From: Deltaproteobacteria bacterium
Lineage (GTDB): Bacteria > Desulfobacterota > DSM-4660 > Desulfatiglandales > HGW-15
DNA length: 47,797 nt
Reading direction: 5' to 3'
Assembly (NCBI GenBank): GCA_016932115.1
Contig: JAFGDM010000081.1
Location: 1-47,797 of the forward strand
The notes under the pieces were generated by a model. It was not told the origin of the DNA, made no database searches, and saw only the letters and a program-made list of their open reading frames with translations. Of the stretch, positions 44,370 to 47,797 are shown piece after piece. The first letter of the stretch is position 1; each line of letters opens with the position of its first letter. The position numbers were made by a program, and so were the translations under genes.

Positions 44370-44912
44370 TCATGAGTATATGTACCGTCCAACCACCAGA
44401 ATGAAAAAGGCGACAGTCCCTAGGAGGAAGAACTGTTCTCTGTTCTCCCTCCAGAAAAGATCAAATTTCCACGGTCTCTTTTTAGCCTTGGGGTAAGGTC
44501 TCAAACGCGGGAGAAGGCTGTGGGTATAAGATGCGTAAGCCTTATACTCCTCTCCAAAGAGATTTTCCAGCCTCATCATCTCTTTTCGATACTTTCGCGG
44601 CATATAGTTGAAAAAGAACACTCCCAATCCAATGAGAAGAATGATCCAATTGTAACCCCAGGCCATGATGCAGAATCCAATCAAGAGAAGAACCCTTCCC
44701 AGATAGAGAGGGTCACGCATGTAAGCATAAGGCCCTGATGTCGTGACTTCTTCATTTCTAATGAGATGCCCGCTTGCCCAGACACGAATCCCTTCCCCGG
44801 CAAGAACAATGATGCCACCAATGATAAGGGATAGCTTGTTGGGTCGTGCAAGGATAAGCACTGCAGCTAAGGCCAAAACGATCGGAGCGGATTTTAATAG
44901 CCTGCTGCTCAT
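44370..44912 (-). CDS. Isoprenylcysteine carboxyl methyltransferase / phospholipid methyltransferase-family membrane protein
   Basis: 180 aa and polytopic, with the motif TSGPYAYMRDPLYLG. Confidence 0.6.
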   Translation of the reverse strand: MSSRLLKSAPIVLALAAVLILARPNKLSLIIGGIIVLAGEGIRVWASGHLIRNEEVTTSGPYAYMRDPLYLGRVLLLIGFCIMAWGYNWIILLIGLGVFFFNYMPRKYRKEMMRLENLFGEEYKAYASYTHSLLPRLRPYPKAKKRPWKFDLFWRENREQFFLLGTVAFFILVVGRYIYS

Positions 44913-45538
44913 TTGATTCCCTTTACAAGGCGGTAAAGATAAAACATCCGTGGAGGCTTCCCTGACCCGAAGAACTTCAATTCAGTCTTATACAATCGTT
45001 CAAGATCAAGAAGCTCAAAAAATCTAAAGAAATTCTTATCCAGGAGGGGCAGCCGACCCCGGACATAGGCCGTCGAAAAGTCGACGATATAAGGATTTTC
45101 CGCGTCAATAAGAATGTTTCTCATGTGCAGATCTCCGTGCGCTACTCCCCTGCTGTGGATCTGGTGAAGGAGACCCCGGAGTCGACTAAAACACAATTTA
45201 CTCACTTCCGTTGTCCTCAGTTTGTCAAGAGGGACACCGGGAACCCTCGTCATCCTAAGTAAATGACTCTTCGGCCTCCCAAGATAAACCGGAATACCTT
45301 CGATCCCTTTGAGCCTCTTTAGCGCCTCCGCCTCCCAGTGAAGGGAGATCTCTCCATATAGCCGAAACGGCAAGGGTGCATCTCGATAATCTTTCTCAAT
45401 CAATCCATTCTCTTGCCGTATTTTAGCTTTCCATAAGTTCCTCTGCGGGTAGGGGCTTGCAACGCCATCCGAAGAAGTCCTCTTAAGGGCATCCAGAGTT
45501 TCAAGGTCGCGATTAACCACAGGACTCAACCCAACCAT
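44909..45538 (-). CDS. Small atypical protein-kinase-fold protein (RIO / Kdo / LPS-kinase-like)
   Basis: HGDLHMRNILID...IVDFS catalytic-loop-like motifs. Its stop overlaps the downstream methyltransferase start (ATGA). Confidence 0.5.
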   Translation of the reverse strand: MVGLSPVVNRDLETLDALKRTSSDGVASPYPQRNLWKAKIRQENGLIEKDYRDAPLPFRLYGEISLHWEAEALKRLKGIEGIPVYLGRPKSHLLRMTRVPGVPLDKLRTTEVSKLCFSRLRGLLHQIHSRGVAHGDLHMRNILIDAENPYIVDFSTAYVRGRLPLLDKNFFRFFELLDLERLYKTELKFFGSGKPPRMFYLYRLVKGIK

Positions 45539-45930
45539 CTAAATCCTCGCAAAAAAACACCGGGCCTAATTCTATCCCTTATTGAAAATAGGTAAAGAAA
45601 ATTCTGAAAGGGGAATCATAAGGGAACTCCCGTAATTCAGGATGTACTTAGCCGCTGCGTTGCCATCTCCGGCTCACAACATCATTAAGAATTACAATCT
45701 CTAAAGTTCACATTTGGGATACCGGGTCGGCTTGTTTCGATTTTCCCATCGAAAGGGATCAGGGAGATCCGTCCCCAGTTTTGCAGACCTCCACTGAGGG
45801 CGATCGAAGCCGTAGTCTTAAATTTTAGGCCGGTACTGAGGCGACGCGATTAGCAATAATCGTATCTTAAACCAAGGTATGCCGTGATAAGGTACCCCAC
45901 ATCCTCAAAATCGATGGTCCGCAATCCCTC

Positions 45931-46569
45931 TCAATAAAGTTGGAAAAAAACGGGAAGCAACTTCAGTTCATGAACTTCTTCTATCACTTCCAGGACACCT
46001 ACCAGCCAAATAAAATACAGAGCACCCAACATGCGTCTTTTGAATACATGTGGCTTAACCACATACTCTGTCGGCTCTCTCAAAAGAGAAAGCTTCGGAA
46101 AGAATGAAGGGGTTTTGCGCAGATAAGTATCGTATTCCTGCCCATGAATATTTAGGAGATGCTTCTGTTCACTCAAAATGACAAAGGGATAATAGAGACA
46201 GAAACCACAAAGGATGATGAACGGGATTGTAATGTTTTCCGAAGCTAACCCTACTCCAATTCCTCCAAGCAAATTGAAAAAATACAAAGGATTTCTGCAC
46301 ATGGAATACGGACCCACTGTAATTAATCTTTCTGTCTTATAACCTCCGATATACAGAGAACACCACAACCGCCCCAATGAAGCGATTGCTACAAGAAAGA
46401 TCCCTGCAAAGAAGAGCAACGAACTGACCATTGGGACTCTGTCTTCCCAAATGCTGCTGGAGAACAGAATTAGGCATATTAGTAAAATGGCGAACATCCA
46501 TGTCAAATGGATACGAAGTTTCTCGACCATATGTTCCGTTTCCACCCTCCCTATGCTCCAAAGCTGCAA
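45931..46569 (-). CDS. Second ICMT / phospholipid methyltransferase-family membrane protein
   Basis: 212 aa and polytopic, with the motif VGPYSMCRNPLYFFN. Confidence 0.6.
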   Translation of the reverse strand: MQLWSIGRVETEHMVEKLRIHLTWMFAILLICLILFSSSIWEDRVPMVSSLLFFAGIFLVAIASLGRLWCSLYIGGYKTERLITVGPYSMCRNPLYFFNLLGGIGVGLASENITIPFIILCGFCLYYPFVILSEQKHLLNIHGQEYDTYLRKTPSFFPKLSLLREPTEYVVKPHVFKRRMLGALYFIWLVGVLEVIEEVHELKLLPVFFQLY

Positions 46570-47019
46570 ATGAATAAGCCCAGCGTGGCAGGAAAGACAG
46601 GAGAGGTCACCTGTACTTTGAATCGCTTTCCTGATGAATATGGTTTCACTTCCTATCAGTTCCTTTTGGAGTCCACGCTTGACGGATTATTATCGATCAT
46701 TTGATAAGGAAAGCGAATTCCAATGACGCCATCTATTAAAAAACATCCTCATCATGTGCAGGTCCCTGCCTATCTGTCAAGAACTGGTCAAGAGAGAACT
46801 TTCTGAGAAGGCGATCTTTCCAATTGAAGGATTCAGATAAAACACTGGGGCGAGGGTGGGGAGTTGCCTGTATCGATTAGTAAATGCAGCCTATTGCGTA
46901 GACGAGCAAAGCGCCGCTTATGACTTCCCAAATTGATGCGCTCGTCGTGACCTTATCCTGAAAGAAAGCCCTAATGGAGGGGTGCTGAACTTCAATATTT
47001 CTAATGATTTCAAACGCTA

Positions 47020-47226
47020 ATGAGAAGTTTAATTCAATTTCCAGGGCTCGTTCTCAAACACCTGTACCTGCCGGAGATCGAGAAAATCGACATCGGGAAC
47101 ATGCAGCATAGACGATTTACGGACAGAGACATTGAACTGATCAAAAAGGTCAAGGCGTATCGGGATAAGGGTTTCACAGTTGAGGCGGCGATTGAATCAG
47201 CCGACGCACAAAAGCCGCGCTTCTGA
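47020..47226 (+). CDS. Short MerR-like ORF that appears to lack the first HTH helix (truncated gene, or a small antitoxin-like regulator)
   Basis: LKHLYLPEIEKIDIGNMQHRRFTDRDIELIKKVKAYRDKGFTVEAAIE resembles the ...LRYWE...R..G.R.Y...D...L..I..L... part of MerR HTH domains. An in-frame stop lies 4 codons upstream of the ATG. Confidence 0.3.
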   Translation: MRSLIQFPGLVLKHLYLPEIEKIDIGNMQHRRFTDRDIELIKKVKAYRDKGFTVEAAIESADAQKPRF

Positions 47227-47257
47227 TTTGCCCGTTCGGCTCTTGATAAATGTTGGC

Positions 47258-47286
47258 TTGACAAATTAAAACACAATATGTACAAT
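47258..47286 (+). promoter_or_regulatory. sigma70-type promoter positioned to give a leaderless PIN-gene transcript, overlapped by a palindrome
   Basis: TTGACA (47258-47263), 17 nt, TACAAT (47281-47286), then 7 nt to ATG 47294. Perfect 12-bp palindrome GTACAATTGTAC at 47280-47291. Confidence 0.5.
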
Positions 47287-47293
47287 TGTACCC

Positions 47294-47683
47294 ATGAAAA
47301 TTATTGCCGACACCAATACATTCATAGCCGTTGCCTTGAATGAGCCTGAAAAGGATATAATCATACGACTTACTGAAGGTCATGATTTAATCGCTCCTGA
47401 TGTTTTGCCGTTTGAAATTGGGAATGCATTAACAGCAATGATGAAAAAAAACGCCTTGAAAAAGGAGGAAGTTGAATCGGCGTGGGAGATCGTTCAAAAG
47501 ATACCAGTCGATCTGCGACATACCGACATCAAATCGGCATTAGGCATCGCGATTAAATATAACCTGTATGCATACGATGCTTATTTTTTAGAATGTGCTG
47601 AAAACTTTCGAAGCCCGCTTCTTACGCTTGACGTAGGAATGCAAAAGATCGCGTTGGAGATGGGCATTACAATTTTGGAGTAA
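47294..47683 (+). CDS. vapC: PIN-domain (VapC-type) toxin
   Basis: 129 aa. MKIIADTNTFIAV N-terminal acidic motif, with conserved Asp/Glu positions downstream (EI, DAYFL, LTLD). Confidence 0.75.
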   Translation: MKIIADTNTFIAVALNEPEKDIIIRLTEGHDLIAPDVLPFEIGNALTAMMKKNALKKEEVESAWEIVQKIPVDLRHTDIKSALGIAIKYNLYAYDAYFLECAENFRSPLLTLDVGMQKIALEMGITILE

Positions 47684-47689
47684 GATATC

Positions 47690-47797
47690 ATGAAAGTGTA
47701 TACATATTCCGAAGCCAGACAACGTCTTGCCGATGTGCTCAATATCGCAAGAAGTGAAGAGGTTGTCATCAAAAGGAGAGGGGGCGAAACCTTCTCA
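47690..47797 (+). CDS. Phd/YefM-family antitoxin, partial (runs off the window end)
   Basis: MKVYTYSEARQRLADVLNIARSEEVVIKRRG is the typical Phd/YefM N-terminus. Starts 6 nt after the PIN stop. Confidence 0.7.
   Translation, partial: MKVYTYSEARQRLADVLNIARSEEVVIKRRGGETFS

Noticed and set aside
44087-47797. Prophage or integrative element at tRNA-Leu
   Set aside because: No integrase, phage genes or direct repeat of the tRNA 3' end is visible inside the window. Only accessory-looking genes are present, so no mobile_element feature is called.

Overview
Chromosomal window from an anaerobic, selenoprotein-using bacterium. The gene content (Hdr/Flx/Qmo-like redox modules, sigma54 regulators) suggests a sulfate-reducing or syntrophic deltaproteobacterium, but this is inferred from content only. 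All family calls come from motifs read by eye; no searches were run.

Layout:
- (a) 1-2.4 kb, + strand: dsrE-like gene plus an HdrD/GlpC-like Fe-S oxidoreductase that reads through an in-frame UGA.
- (b) 2.5-12.1 kb, - strand: eight-gene redox operon. Order is hdrA N-terminal fragment (UGA, missing from the ORF track), nuoE-like, nuoF-like, a nuoG-N::tandem-hdrA fusion, mvhD (UGA), then flxC-, flxB- and flxA-like genes.
- (c) 12.5-19.5 kb, - strand: signalling block. It holds a dual-receiver protein behind a sigma54-type promoter, an NtrC-type activator, a PAS histidine kinase, a GAF/HD-GYP protein and an ADP-ribosylglycohydrolase.
- (d) 19.5-34.5 kb: housekeeping genes (cvpA, mazG, sensor kinase, plsC, priA, HU/IHF-like, MBL hydrolase, rpsF, rpsR, DUF2232, rplI, dnaB, hflX, apbE).
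- (e) 34.7-42.9 kb, + strand: a second, all-cysteine Hdr-type cluster (QmoC-like membrane Fe-S/cytochrome b, hdrA, uninterrupted tandem hdrA, mvhD, flxC-like), followed by ribF.
- (f) tRNA-Leu(CAG) at 44.0 kb, then a small accessory stretch with two ICMT-like methyltransferases, an atypical kinase and PIN / Phd-YefM toxin-antitoxin genes.

Main observations:
- Three UGA-recoded genes carry downstream hairpins of near-identical geometry.
- An hdrA appears split by insertion of a NuoEFG-type NADH module.
- Sec and Cys paralog sets sit in the same window.
- A possible sigma54 / dual-REC regulatory chain lies next to the Sec operon.
- An 88-nt intergenic repeat occurs twice.

No CRISPR array, rRNA, transposase or integrase was seen.
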